This document shows, one piece after another, positions 1-9,267 of a stretch of DNA of 64,000 nt; within the stretch, counting starts at the first letter, position 1, and every line of letters begins with the position of its first letter. Below the pieces are notes generated by a model. It was not told the origin of the DNA, did no database searches, and saw only the letters and a list, made by a program, of their open reading frames with translations. Location: the IMG/VR virus record IMGVR_UViG_3300032270_000884. The stretch is one strand, 5' to 3'. Both the position numbers and the translations under genes were made by a program. The DNA comes from an uncultured virus (IMG/VR IMGVR_UViG_3300032270_000884). Lineage: Duplodnaviria; Heunggongvirae; Uroviricota; Caudoviricetes.

Positions 1-10
1 ATCCTCTAAA

Positions 11-712
11 ATGAAAAAAATCCAATTTATGGCAATGTCTCAACAAGTTGAAGACATGTACCCGCACCCTAGACCAGCAAAAGCTTACGTACCAGATTGG
101 TACAAAAGTGCTAAACGTTTTAGAACTGGAAAGATGGAAGTCTTGCCAGAAGGCGCGGGTATTAACAAAGACTTAAAACTTTGTGTGCCATTTTTGGATG
201 GATTAACAGCAGGGTACGCATTGGAACTCCCCGCTGACCTTCTCGTTCAACGTGACGAACGTGGGGTCGGGTTTTTCTGGAATGAGGAACCTGGCCCCAT
301 AGAAGTCCGACCTAAAGATATGGCGGTAACTTTGCCAAGACCACATGGTCACGATCAGGATTTATACGCTTGGACGTTTCATTGGGCTTCGATTACCCCG
401 CCCGGTTATAGCCTTCTTGTAGTTCACCCATTAAATAGGTTTGAGCTTCCATTTACTACGACCGCTGGAATTATGGACTCCGATAACTTTTCCCTTGGCG
501 GACAAATACCTTTCTTTTTACAAAAAGATTTCACTGGGATAATCCCAGCCGGAACTCCAATAGCCCAACTTATTCCTATAAAGCGAGACAATTGGCGGTC
601 AGAAGTAATTCCTCATAAGCAGGGCTTTGTCCAAAAACAACTCTTCAACGTATCTCGATACCTTTATGGTGGCTACAAAAAACACCTTTGGGTTAAGAAG
701 TCATACGAATAG
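11..712 (+). CDS. conserved phage protein, dUTPase-like/DUF6065-like fold
   Basis: 233 aa; PDWYK, CVPFLD, TPPGYS...HPLN and IPAGTPIAQLIP segments typical of this phage family. Confidence 0.55.
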   Translation: MKKIQFMAMSQQVEDMYPHPRPAKAYVPDWYKSAKRFRTGKMEVLPEGAGINKDLKLCVPFLDGLTAGYALELPADLLVQRDERGVGFFWNEEPGPIEVRPKDMAVTLPRPHGHDQDLYAWTFHWASITPPGYSLLVVHPLNRFELPFTTTAGIMDSDNFSLGGQIPFFLQKDFTGIIPAGTPIAQLIPIKRDNWRSEVIPHKQGFVQKQLFNVSRYLYGGYKKHLWVKKSYE

Positions 713-733
713 CACTGCGCTAAACTGTGGGGT

Positions 734-1024
734 ATGCCTATTGACTTCCCCAACTCACCAACACTGAATCAAGAGTTCAGCGCAGGGTTGACAACTTGGA
801 AGTGGGATGGCACTAAGTGGATCATTAAAGAATCACTTGGGCCTATTGGACCAACAGGACCTTTAGGGCCTACCGGTCCAACTGGACCACAAGTTACTGG
901 ACCAACAGGCGCACCTGGGCCAACAGGCCCCACAGGACCAATATTTCAAAACGTAGATTGCGGAACACCAACAACAGTTTACGGCGGAGTTACCCCAGTT
1001 GATTGCGGAGGAGTTAACGACTAA
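734..1024 (+). CDS. short collagen-like virion protein
   Basis: N-terminal DFPNSPT...WKWDGTKW motif followed by GPT triplets. Confidence 0.7.
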   Translation: MPIDFPNSPTLNQEFSAGLTTWKWDGTKWIIKESLGPIGPTGPLGPTGPTGPQVTGPTGAPGPTGPTGPIFQNVDCGTPTTVYGGVTPVDCGGVND

Positions 1025-1176
1025 TGCATGACCACAACAACGTAACTCTAGCAACTGGTAGCGGTATTACTGAAATGCAGTTAATGTGGGTTGTTATGGG
1101 CATCATGGCTGTGCACCATCTTTGGATGTGGCTTGACATGCGGAAAATGAAAAAGAAAGAGAAGTGTGACTGCTAA
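1024..1176 (+). CDS. 50-aa membrane protein (below ORF-track cutoff)
   Basis: [55 protein letters not shown] overlaps at both ends. Confidence 0.65.
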   Translation: MHDHNNVTLATGSGITEMQLMWVVMGIMAVHHLWMWLDMRKMKKKEKCDC

Positions 1177-3113
1177 TGGCCGTTAAAGTTCAATTTAGAC
1201 GTGGCACTGCCTCAGAGTGGATTGCTTCAAATCCAATTCTTTCACAGGGTGAAGCTGGGTACGAATACGACACTGGTAAGTTCAAGGTAGGTAACGGAAC
1301 TGCCGCTTGGAACTCTCTCCCATACTCTTCTGGTACAACAGGTCCTACAGGTCCGCTTGGTCCAACAGGGCCACAAGGCGTAACAGGTCCAACAGGATCC
1401 ACGGGACCCACAGGTCCAACTGGCCCACAAGGTGTTACCGGACCAACAGGACCAACTGGTCCAGTAGGCGGAATAAATTTTGCTGTAACTAACAACGGTT
1501 CTGGATCTTATTCCATAGACGGAGTTACATCTGCAACTCTACAACTTGTTCGTGGAGCACGTTATGTATTTAACGTAAATGCTACTGGTCATCCGTTCTG
1601 GATTCAAACAACCGGAAATGGTTATGTGTCTGGTAACGTGTACTCATCTGGTGTAACCGGTGCAGGCGTTGCAGTTGGTCAAGTTGTTTTTGAAGTTCCA
1701 CTAAACGCACCTAATACTCTTTACTATCAGTGCCAATTCCACACCATGATGTACGGTCAAATTGACATCATTGGTTTTGGAGCTACAGGACCTACAGGTC
1801 CCGAAGGAGTAACAGGCCCTACTGGTCCTCAGGGAATTACTGGTCCTACGGGTCCACAAGGAAACCTTGGACCAACAGGCCCTCAAGGCGTTCCAATTAC
1901 TCTTAAAGGTTCTAAAGCAACTGTTGGTGCACTACCGTCTACAGGTAACGCTATTAATGATGCTTGGATTGTAGATGCTGACGGAGACGTGTACGTTTGG
2001 AATGGCGCTACTTGGTATAGCGCAGGACAAATTGTTGGAGCTACGGGTCCTACTGGAAACACGGGTCCAACAGGTCCAACTGGTCCAACCGGCCCTACAG
2101 GCCCTACAGGCCCTTCTGGAGTTATCTCTGTAACGGGTCCTGTTACAAATACTGGGACATCTACTGCCGCAGTTCTTAATATTAATCAATCAGTTCTTTC
2201 TATTGCTAACACTCAGGTAACTGGTCTTGGCACAGCCTCTGTAAAGGACGTCCCCGCAACTGGTGATGCAACTACTTCACAAGTAGTTTACGGAACTGAT
2301 ACCCGCCTTACTAATACTCGTACGCCTACAGACAACACTGTCACAACAGCCAAGATTGTTGATGCTAACGTGACTAATGTTAAGTTGGCCAACAGCAGCA
2401 TTACTATTGGAACTGACGTAGTGTCGCTTGGAGGGTCTATTTCTGCTCCAACGTTTACTACTTTAAACTTAGGTTCTAGCGTTGTTTTTGAAGGCACCAC
2501 CGCTGATGCTTATGAAACAACACTTACAGTTATTGACCCAACTGCTGATCGCGTTGTTACTATTCCTAACGCTACTGGAACTGTTGCTCTTGTAGATCAA
2601 ACATTAAAAGCGTTTAACCAATCAGCAACAGCTATCGACGTAGCTCCTCGTTATGATAACCGTTCAGCGTCATTTGCTAGCGGTACTATTTATTGGACGT
2701 TCTTTACTCCAATGATTAACGCAACTATCACAACGCTTTCTGTAGCCTCTGCTGGTACCGCAACTTCTGGAGCAACCACTATTCAAATGGGTCTTTACTC
2801 ATTTGATGAAACCACTGCTACGCGCCTTGCCTACACAGCAAACGACACCACTATTTTTGGTACTCGTAACACTATTTACACACGATCTCTAAACTCATCA
2901 GTAAACGTAGTTGCTGGAACACGCTACGGCTTTGCTGTACTTGTTGTTGCTACAACACCCGGAACTGGTTACCTAGCATTTGGTTACCCACCAGCGGCTT
3001 TAAACGCCCTTGGCCCAATTATGCGTGGATACCTTGAAAGCCAAACAGCACTTCCATCTTCTGCAACACCTTTAACTGACACATCTAACGGATACTGGGG
3101 ACGCCTAGCATGA
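1176..3113 (+). CDS. collagen-repeat tail fibre / receptor-binding protein
   Basis: N-terminal [32 protein letters not shown] (Mtd-N-like); three GPT collagen blocks; cupredoxin-like [11 protein letters not shown] segment. Confidence 0.85.
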   Translation: MAVKVQFRRGTASEWIASNPILSQGEAGYEYDTGKFKVGNGTAAWNSLPYSSGTTGPTGPLGPTGPQGVTGPTGSTGPTGPTGPQGVTGPTGPTGPVGGINFAVTNNGSGSYSIDGVTSATLQLVRGARYVFNVNATGHPFWIQTTGNGYVSGNVYSSGVTGAGVAVGQVVFEVPLNAPNTLYYQCQFHTMMYGQIDIIGFGATGPTGPEGVTGPTGPQGITGPTGPQGNLGPTGPQGVPITLKGSKATVGALPSTGNAINDAWIVDADGDVYVWNGATWYSAGQIVGATGPTGNTGPTGPTGPTGPTGPTGPSGVISVTGPVTNTGTSTAAVLNINQSVLSIANTQVTGLGTASVKDVPATGDATTSQVVYGTDTRLTNTRTPTDNTVTTAKIVDANVTNVKLANSSITIGTDVVSLGGSISAPTFTTLNLGSSVVFEGTTADAYETTLTVIDPTADRVVTIPNATGTVALVDQTLKAFNQSATAIDVAPRYDNRSASFASGTIYWTFFTPMINATITTLSVASAGTATSGATTIQMGLYSFDETTATRLAYTANDTTIFGTRNTIYTRSLNSSVNVVAGTRYGFAVLVVATTPGTGYLAFGYPPAALNALGPIMRGYLESQTALPSSATPLTDTSNGYWGRLA

Positions 3114-3241
3114 CAGCCATTAACGTAGTAAAAACAAGCCTGGGAGTAAACGCCTCTGGTTTTGAAACCTTTGAGGTAAAGAACGCGGATACTGGGGAGA
3201 TCATTGGGACCGACATAGTCGCCCCAGACGATTCCGAGTAG
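3110..3241 (+). CDS. 43-aa protein, possible fibre-associated protein
   Basis: ATGA overlap with fibre stop; [43 protein letters not shown]. Confidence 0.55.
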   Translation: MTAINVVKTSLGVNASGFETFEVKNADTGEIIGTDIVAPDDSE

Positions 3242-3251
3242 AGTATGCGCT

Positions 3252-4301
3252 ATGAAAATAGCTGTGTACACAATCGCTTTAAACGAAGAACAGTTTGTAG
3301 AACGTTGGTATGAATCAGCTAAAGAGGCTGACTACCTACTTATTGCTGACACTGGCTCTACTGATGGCACTGTTGCCCTTGCTAAAAGTCTTGGAATCAA
3401 TGTAGTTGAAATTTCAATCAAACCGTGGAGATTTGATGATGCTCGTAATGCTAGCCTCGCTTGTCTTCCTAGGGATATTGATTACTGCATTGCTTTGGAT
3501 CTCGACGAAGTTCTAGTTGAAGGTTGGCGTAGTCACCTAGAGGCTGTCCCAACACAAACAACACGACCACGGTACAAGTACACGTGGAGTTGGAACACTG
3601 ACGGAACTCCGGGACTGCAATACGGCGGAGATAAGATCCACTCTCGTCACGGGTACCGCTGGAAGCATCCTGTACACGAGGTTATGGTTGCCGATCGTAT
3701 TATTCCAATAGAGCACTGGACTAATCTTGAAATCCACCATCATCCAGACAACTCAAAACCTAGGTCTCAATACATGCCTTTGCTAGCTCAGTCTGTTGTA
3801 GAAGACCCGTACGATGATCGTAATGCTTTTTACTACGCTCGTGAACTATTCTTTTATGGAGAATACGAAAAAGCTACCGAAGAATTTAAAAGGCATCTAA
3901 AGCTTCCTAGAGCAGTATGGAAACCAGAACGAGCCGCGTCTATGCGATACATAGCAAAAATGGAGGACGAGTTTGAAACCTCTGAGTGGTGGTTACGGCA
4001 AGCAATTGCGGAAGCACCTGACCGTCGGGAGGCGTACGTTGAGATGGCTAAACTGTGCTATGAAAATAAACTGTGGTCAGAGTGCTTAGACGCCGCAGAG
4101 CGTGCTATTGCTATTACTGAAAAACCTCTTGAATACCTATGCGAAGAGTTTGCTTGGGGCTTTGCTCCTTACGACTATGCTGCTATTGCTGCTTACAACT
4201 TAGGGTTTACAGATGTAGCGCTTAAATACGGCATGGAAGCGGTGGACCTTAACCCGACAGACGAGCGCTTGCAGCGTAACCTTATATTCTATAAAGCATA
4301 G
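3252..4301 (+). CDS. GT2 glycosyltransferase with C-terminal TPR repeats
   Basis: IALNEE, ADTGSTDGT, FDDARN, DLDE (DxD), VHE motifs; helical TPR-like C-terminus. Confidence 0.9.
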   Translation: MKIAVYTIALNEEQFVERWYESAKEADYLLIADTGSTDGTVALAKSLGINVVEISIKPWRFDDARNASLACLPRDIDYCIALDLDEVLVEGWRSHLEAVPTQTTRPRYKYTWSWNTDGTPGLQYGGDKIHSRHGYRWKHPVHEVMVADRIIPIEHWTNLEIHHHPDNSKPRSQYMPLLAQSVVEDPYDDRNAFYYARELFFYGEYEKATEEFKRHLKLPRAVWKPERAASMRYIAKMEDEFETSEWWLRQAIAEAPDRREAYVEMAKLCYENKLWSECLDAAERAIAITEKPLEYLCEEFAWGFAPYDYAAIAAYNLGFTDVALKYGMEAVDLNPTDERLQRNLIFYKA

Positions 4302-4309
4302 GGGGGCAT

Positions 4310-4849
4310 GTGAGAGCCAACGCACCTGGCGGTCGTTTTACCGCAGATTTTGAACTTAACGCTATTGGCGATGGCATTACTTGGGATCTTACAAACCCAA
4401 TTGGAACATACGCTGAGTGGTGGTCTTTTGATAAAGCAGCGTCAACGGTCGACCCTGTCTACGATGTTGACTCCACTGTGGGAGGCCGTGTTTGGACTGG
4501 CCCTAAGCCAATCCACGTAGTATTTGCCGATTGGAAACAAGGCAACGTTCAAACTAGTGATCGTGGTTTCTATAACGCTGACACGCTTGACTTTACAATT
4601 AACATTGACGACTTAATTGAAGTAAGCCCAGAGCTCTTTGAGACTCGCGGATCCTACAAAGCAAAGATTTCCGAAGCCAACAGATACCGCTGTGTCTGGA
4701 GAGAGCAAGTTTATCGTCCGTACCACGTACAGCCAAGCGGTTATTTAGAAGACCGTGGTACCCTCATTACTATTCGTATGATTCAGGTAATGGGAGATGA
4801 AATGATCAATGATGCCCAATTCCAACAATACGCAAATGGAGGTCACTAA
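4310..4849 (+). CDS. putative head-closure/neck protein
   Basis: 179-aa beta-rich protein upstream of tail genes; function inferred from position. Confidence 0.45.
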   Translation: MRANAPGGRFTADFELNAIGDGITWDLTNPIGTYAEWWSFDKAASTVDPVYDVDSTVGGRVWTGPKPIHVVFADWKQGNVQTSDRGFYNADTLDFTINIDDLIEVSPELFETRGSYKAKISEANRYRCVWREQVYRPYHVQPSGYLEDRGTLITIRMIQVMGDEMINDAQFQQYANGGH

Positions 4850-4944
4850 TGACGCAAGACGTGCAAATTGGCTCAACAGGGCAAGAAGAAGTAGGTTGCG
4901 AATGTGGCAACTGTGCCTGTGAAAAGAAGTCCGATAAGGATTAA
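4849..4944 (+). CDS. 31-aa Cys-rich peptide
   Basis: MTQDVQIGSTGQEEVGCECGNCACEKKSDKD; TAATG overlap, followed by terminator. Confidence 0.5.
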   Translation: MTQDVQIGSTGQEEVGCECGNCACEKKSDKD

Positions 4945-4950
4945 TGACTT

Positions 4951-4973
4951 AGCCCCCGAAAGGGGGCTTTTTC
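4951..4973 (+). terminator. intrinsic terminator
   Basis: AGCCCCC-GAAA-GGGGGCT hairpin followed by a T run. Confidence 0.85.
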
Positions 4974-5054
4974 ATTTACCATTGGATTAGTTCCCATGCG
5001 GGGAATGGCTTTGCCTTTTGCGTACGTGTTTGCGAGTTCCGATTGGAGACTGCT

Positions 5055-5216
5055 ATGTCCGATAGACCTGAGTGGCTTGATGGCCCAACAGAGGTTGATT
5101 TTTATCGCGGTATAACAGATCACGCTCCGGGTGCAAAAGAGTCAGCAATATCTTTAGCCGCAGTGGGACTTGGTTACATGTACGGATTTAAAAAGGCAAA
5201 GAAGAAAAAGAAGTGA
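5055..5216 (+). CDS. 53-aa protein with basic tail
   Basis: GGAG RBS; MSDRPEWLDGPTEVDFYRG...GFKKAKKKKK; GTGA overlap with next gene. Confidence 0.6.
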   Translation: MSDRPEWLDGPTEVDFYRGITDHAPGAKESAISLAAVGLGYMYGFKKAKKKKK

Positions 5217-5527
5217 CGATAAATTTAGAAACTCGCGCTTCAGATGTTGCTGATACTTTAGCAAGCAGCCTTGATGATTCTTTACAAATTACAGCCGCCG
5301 ATGCTGGCTGGACCCATCCTATTGAGCTTGTATCTAAAAATGGAAAGCTTTCCCTTGCCTACGACAAGGGCCATGGGGATGACATTTTTAATTCCGAATA
5401 TGGACAGCCGGGCATTAGTCCAAACGCTGTAATACGCCCGTTTTTGCATGAAGCAAACCCTGTAATTGAACAGACTGTTCAGAATGAGGCTTTGAACTAT
5501 CTATTTGAAACTGGAATTCTGCCATGA
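5213..5527 (+). CDS. putative neck/tail-completion protein
   Basis: EYG....SPNAVIRPFL motif; position before tail terminator. Confidence 0.55.
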   Translation: MTINLETRASDVADTLASSLDDSLQITAADAGWTHPIELVSKNGKLSLAYDKGHGDDIFNSEYGQPGISPNAVIRPFLHEANPVIEQTVQNEALNYLFETGILP

Positions 5528-6153
5528 CCGTACTAGACGATTCCTTTATTTTTGCCGAAGACGCTGCTCTTAAGACGCACCTTCAAGGCATTGTTGTATC
5601 TGACCTAAAGGATAACGAGCGCCCAGTAAAGGTTTGGTTTGGTTACCCAGATGTAGAACTTCGTGCTCAAGAATACCCATACCTTGTAATTGATTTATAT
5701 GACATCCAACCTGCTAATGATCGTCAAAGTTCTGGTATGTGGATAGATGAAACAAACAGAGGGTTCAGTGATGCTGAGTCTGGAACTACTTATGGATATT
5801 ACGCACCTGTAACTTATGATTTGTTTTACCAAGTAACGTCATATTCTCGTCATCCGCGCCATGACAGAGCAATTATGTTGAATATGCTTAATCAAAAGAT
5901 TCCCGGTAAATACGGACACCTTATGGTGCCTCAGCACAATGGCGACCCAGATGTCGCCCGACATATGTTTCTCGAAGGGTTCATTAAACGTGACTCAGTC
6001 GAGGATGGAAGACGTCTCTTTAGAAACGTCTTTAGTATCAGAGTGGTTAGCGAAATGACGCCTCTACAGACGCCACCAGCAACTACACAAGTAGAAACTG
6101 TAAACATCGAAACAACACCACAATCAATCCCAACGGGCTTCCAATCGGTTTAA
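5524..6153 (+). CDS. putative tail terminator / sheath stabiliser
   Basis: YPYLVIDLYDI and PVTYDLFYQV motifs; immediately upstream of sheath. Confidence 0.65.
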   Translation: MTVLDDSFIFAEDAALKTHLQGIVVSDLKDNERPVKVWFGYPDVELRAQEYPYLVIDLYDIQPANDRQSSGMWIDETNRGFSDAESGTTYGYYAPVTYDLFYQVTSYSRHPRHDRAIMLNMLNQKIPGKYGHLMVPQHNGDPDVARHMFLEGFIKRDSVEDGRRLFRNVFSIRVVSEMTPLQTPPATTQVETVNIETTPQSIPTGFQSV

Positions 6154-6191
6154 TACATGTACAAACTAGAAACTCTCAAAGGAGATAAATA

Positions 6192-7685
6192 ATGGCTGTA
6201 TACCTTCGTCCTGGTGTATACGTTGAGGAATCCCTTAACTTATCAACACCTGTACAAAGCACAACCTCACAGTCAATCGCTGCCTTTATTGGCTACGTGA
6301 ATAGAGGACCGCAAGCACCTACTCTGGTCACATCTTGGAGCCAATACGTCAGCTGGTACGGAGGTTGGGAAAACAATTCTCTTCTACACACTGCTGCACT
6401 TCTTTTCTTCTCAAACGGAGGAAGCCAAGCGTATTTTCAGCGTGTAGTTCATAGTTCTGTTGACACCTCAACACAAACATTCAATGATCGTGCTGGTACT
6501 CCAGACGCGACTTTGACAATTAACGCTCATAACCCAGGAGCGTGGGGCAATCTTATTAACATAAGTATTGCCAACGGATCTACAGCAGATACGTTTGATC
6601 TAACTGTTTACTATAACGGAGTAGGTCCAGCTAACATTGTAGAACGTTACACAGACTTAAGTATGACGGCAACAAATGACCGTTATGCTCCATCGGTTGT
6701 AGCAAATCAATCTAAGTACATTACTTTGGTTGATGAAGGCTCAGCGGCTACTGGTGCGACTCGTCGTCCAGTTGTAGCAAACAACACGTACTTAATCAGT
6801 GGTGATGATGGAAGCGCAACACCTACAGCATCACAAATTGCTGGAGCTGTTAATAACTTTGACATCATTACAAATGCTCTTGTGCTTAATGCACCGGGAG
6901 TTACTGAAGCAACAGCGGTTAACCTAATTACTTCATACGCAGAAGATCGCGGAGATGTATTTGTTGTTATTGACCCAGTTGCTGGTACTGCTGCTAACCA
7001 AATTACTCGTGCGAACGAATACACATCAACTTCATACGCTGCTGTTTATTATCCACGTATCGTTATTAAAGACCCATCAACAACTACACCAAACGTAACA
7101 ACTGTTGCAAACCCTGGTGGCGCTGTTGTAGGTCTATACCTTGGAACTGACGCATCTCGTGGAGTATTTAAGGCCCCTGCTGGTCTTAATACACGTGTAG
7201 GTGGGGCTGTTTCTGTATCACCATTGACAAGCGCAGAGCTAGATTCTTTAAACAGCAACTCAGCGGCGGTTAACGCAATTCGCTTTGTTCCTGGTTCAGG
7301 TATCGTAGTTATGGGTGCACGTACACTACAAGGAAGCTACGTATCTCGATACGTGCCAGTTCGTCGTACGCTTATCTACTTGCGTAAAGCTTTGTCAGAC
7401 CTTAGCCAGTTTGCAATCTTTGAGCCAAACGATGAAAAATTGTGGCGCTCAATTACTGCATCTATGGAAGGTTTCTTAAATAACTTCTGGCGTCAAGGCG
7501 GACTTCGCGGCGGTGTTCCAGCTCAAGCTTTCTACGTAAAGTGCGATTCTGAAACTAACCCACAACTTTCGATTGATGCGGGTCAGGTCAACATTGAAGT
7601 TGGTGTTGCTCTACAACGCCCAGCAGAGTTCGTAATTATCAAAATCGGACAGTTTGACGGTGGCACCACCGTTACTGTGGCGTAA
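6192..7685 (+). CDS. contractile tail sheath protein
   Basis: RPGVYVEE, AAFIG, GVFKAPAG, GARTL, YVPVRR, FEPND, PAEFVII motifs. Confidence 0.97.
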   Translation: MAVYLRPGVYVEESLNLSTPVQSTTSQSIAAFIGYVNRGPQAPTLVTSWSQYVSWYGGWENNSLLHTAALLFFSNGGSQAYFQRVVHSSVDTSTQTFNDRAGTPDATLTINAHNPGAWGNLINISIANGSTADTFDLTVYYNGVGPANIVERYTDLSMTATNDRYAPSVVANQSKYITLVDEGSAATGATRRPVVANNTYLISGDDGSATPTASQIAGAVNNFDIITNALVLNAPGVTEATAVNLITSYAEDRGDVFVVIDPVAGTAANQITRANEYTSTSYAAVYYPRIVIKDPSTTTPNVTTVANPGGAVVGLYLGTDASRGVFKAPAGLNTRVGGAVSVSPLTSAELDSLNSNSAAVNAIRFVPGSGIVVMGARTLQGSYVSRYVPVRRTLIYLRKALSDLSQFAIFEPNDEKLWRSITASMEGFLNNFWRQGGLRGGVPAQAFYVKCDSETNPQLSIDAGQVNIEVGVALQRPAEFVIIKIGQFDGGTTVTVA

Positions 7686-7700
7686 AGGAGAAAATGACAA

Positions 7701-8303
7701 ATGGCAACAGATAGCGTAATCAATCGCTTTTCTAGCGTAGCAACCGATCCACTTCGTTCGTTTCGGTTCTACGTTGAATTCCTTGCGCCTCAGCAAGGTT
7801 CAAAGGTAAGCAACAAGATCACAGGCTTTAGCGGTGGTTTTACTCAAGTTTCAGGACTTGGTATTAACACACAAAGTATTGCTTATCGTGAGGGTGGTTA
7901 CAACACCACTATTCATCAGATCCCTGGCATGACAACATTCAACCCAATTTCACTTAACCGTGGAGTTATTTACAAGAATGCTCAGGCTATTGACTGGATG
8001 AAGCACCTATTCGCAGCAGCAGCTGGAGACGGAATCGCCCTAGGCGATAACGACTTCCGTTGCGACCTTAAGATCTATGTAATGGATCATCCTTCTGCAA
8101 GCAACGCAACAGCAACTACTACAGGTGCTGGTGGGTCAAATACTCCAAAGATGGGATTCCATGTCCACAACGCATGGATTTCAACTTTGAACTACTCTGA
8201 CCTAGACGCGGGCGGAAACAACCTAATGGTAGAAACCATCGGAATCGTCCACGAAGGACTTTCTGTATTCTTTACTGATGGTTCTTACACCCGACTTCCA
8301 TAA
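7701..8303 (+). CDS. tail tube protein (T4 gp19-like family)
   Basis: DPLRSFRFYVE, GFTQVSGL, YREGG, PG.T....I.L.RG, SDLDA motifs; follows sheath. Confidence 0.93.
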   Translation: MATDSVINRFSSVATDPLRSFRFYVEFLAPQQGSKVSNKITGFSGGFTQVSGLGINTQSIAYREGGYNTTIHQIPGMTTFNPISLNRGVIYKNAQAIDWMKHLFAAAAGDGIALGDNDFRCDLKIYVMDHPSASNATATTTGAGGSNTPKMGFHVHNAWISTLNYSDLDAGGNNLMVETIGIVHEGLSVFFTDGSYTRLP

Positions 8304-8328
8304 CAACAACTTATAAGGAGAATAAATC

Positions 8329-9126
8329 GTGAACGAGACTTTGATCTCAGATCCACAACTCGTAGCAAAAGCAGCAAAGCAATTTGAAGAAGAGCCAAAA
8401 GTAGAAATTGTTACTAAGGCCCCTTCTGATACTGAGGTTACCCTTCCCGGTGGTTTTGTAAACCGGGAGGGTGCCTTAGTTAAATATGCTGAGGTGCGTG
8501 AGCTAAACGGGGCTGACGAAGAAGCAATTGCTCGTGCTGGAACAACTGGACGTGCGTTGAACACAATGCTTCAACGAGGTTTAGTAAGTATTGGTATGGA
8601 AACCGCTTCTAAAGAAGACCTAGACACTCTTCTATCTGGAGACCGAGACGCAATTCTTATCGGTATCCGTAAAGCAACGTTTGGTAGAACAATTGAATTT
8701 CAAGGCGCTTGTACAGAATGTTCTGCGGAACAAGCGTTAATTTTAGATTTAGACAAAGATATCCCAATTACAACTTTAGAAAACCCAATTGAAGATCGTA
8801 TGTGGGAATATGAGTCAAAGCTAGGAACTGTAATGGTTGGGCTTCCAACTGGTCTTACACAACGAAGACTGCTTGAGAATTCCGATAAAAATTCAGCAGA
8901 ATTGAATACAATTTTGTTGTCTGGGTGCATAGCATCGATTAACGGTAGTCCTTCAATTGGCGCCACATCGGTTCTAAAGCTCAGTTGGAAAGACCGTGAT
9001 GTACTCGTGCAACAGATTCTTGAACGTAACCCAGGCCCACGCCTTGGGGAGGTGAAGAAGGCATGCGAGGCATGTGGTGAGGATATCCTTATGCCACTGA
9101 CCTTGGCTGCATTGTTTCGAGTATAA
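8329..9126 (+). CDS. tail assembly chaperone / baseplate-hub assembly protein
   Basis: between tube and tape measure; ELNGADEE, GDRDAILIGIR..TFG, two CxxC pairs. Confidence 0.75.
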   Translation: MNETLISDPQLVAKAAKQFEEEPKVEIVTKAPSDTEVTLPGGFVNREGALVKYAEVRELNGADEEAIARAGTTGRALNTMLQRGLVSIGMETASKEDLDTLLSGDRDAILIGIRKATFGRTIEFQGACTECSAEQALILDLDKDIPITTLENPIEDRMWEYESKLGTVMVGLPTGLTQRRLLENSDKNSAELNTILLSGCIASINGSPSIGATSVLKLSWKDRDVLVQQILERNPGPRLGEVKKACEACGEDILMPLTLAALFRV

Positions 9127-9265
9127 AGACGAAGACTACGTAAACTTACTGGACCAATTTGAACTATTAACTCGGCACTTTACTGGATGGACTTTGACGG
9201 ATATCCGATCATTGTCTTTTAGAGAACGTAAAAATTGGATTGACCGATCCAGACGTAGGAGTTAA
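9116..9265 (+). CDS. start-less +1-frame extension of the chaperone (probable programmed frameshift product)
   Basis: open frame FEYKDEDYVNLLDQFELLTRHFTGWTLTDIRSLSFRERKNWIDRSRRRS with no ATG; ends 2 nt before tape measure; TTT CGA at 9115-9120. Confidence 0.65.
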   Translation, partial: FEYKDEDYVNLLDQFELLTRHFTGWTLTDIRSLSFRERKNWIDRSRRRS

Positions 9266-9267
9266 AA

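Noticed and set aside
1190..2500. Antisense ORFs over the collagen gene
   Set aside because: Artefacts of GPT codon periodicity
1176..3113. Diversity-generating retroelement target suggested by the Mtd-like N-terminus
   Set aside because: No reverse transcriptase or template/variable repeat pair seen in the window
4980..5054. Possible tRNA or riboswitch in the intergenic gap
   Set aside because: Only a short TTCCC-ATGC-GGGAA hairpin; no cloverleaf, T-loop or recognisable aptamer
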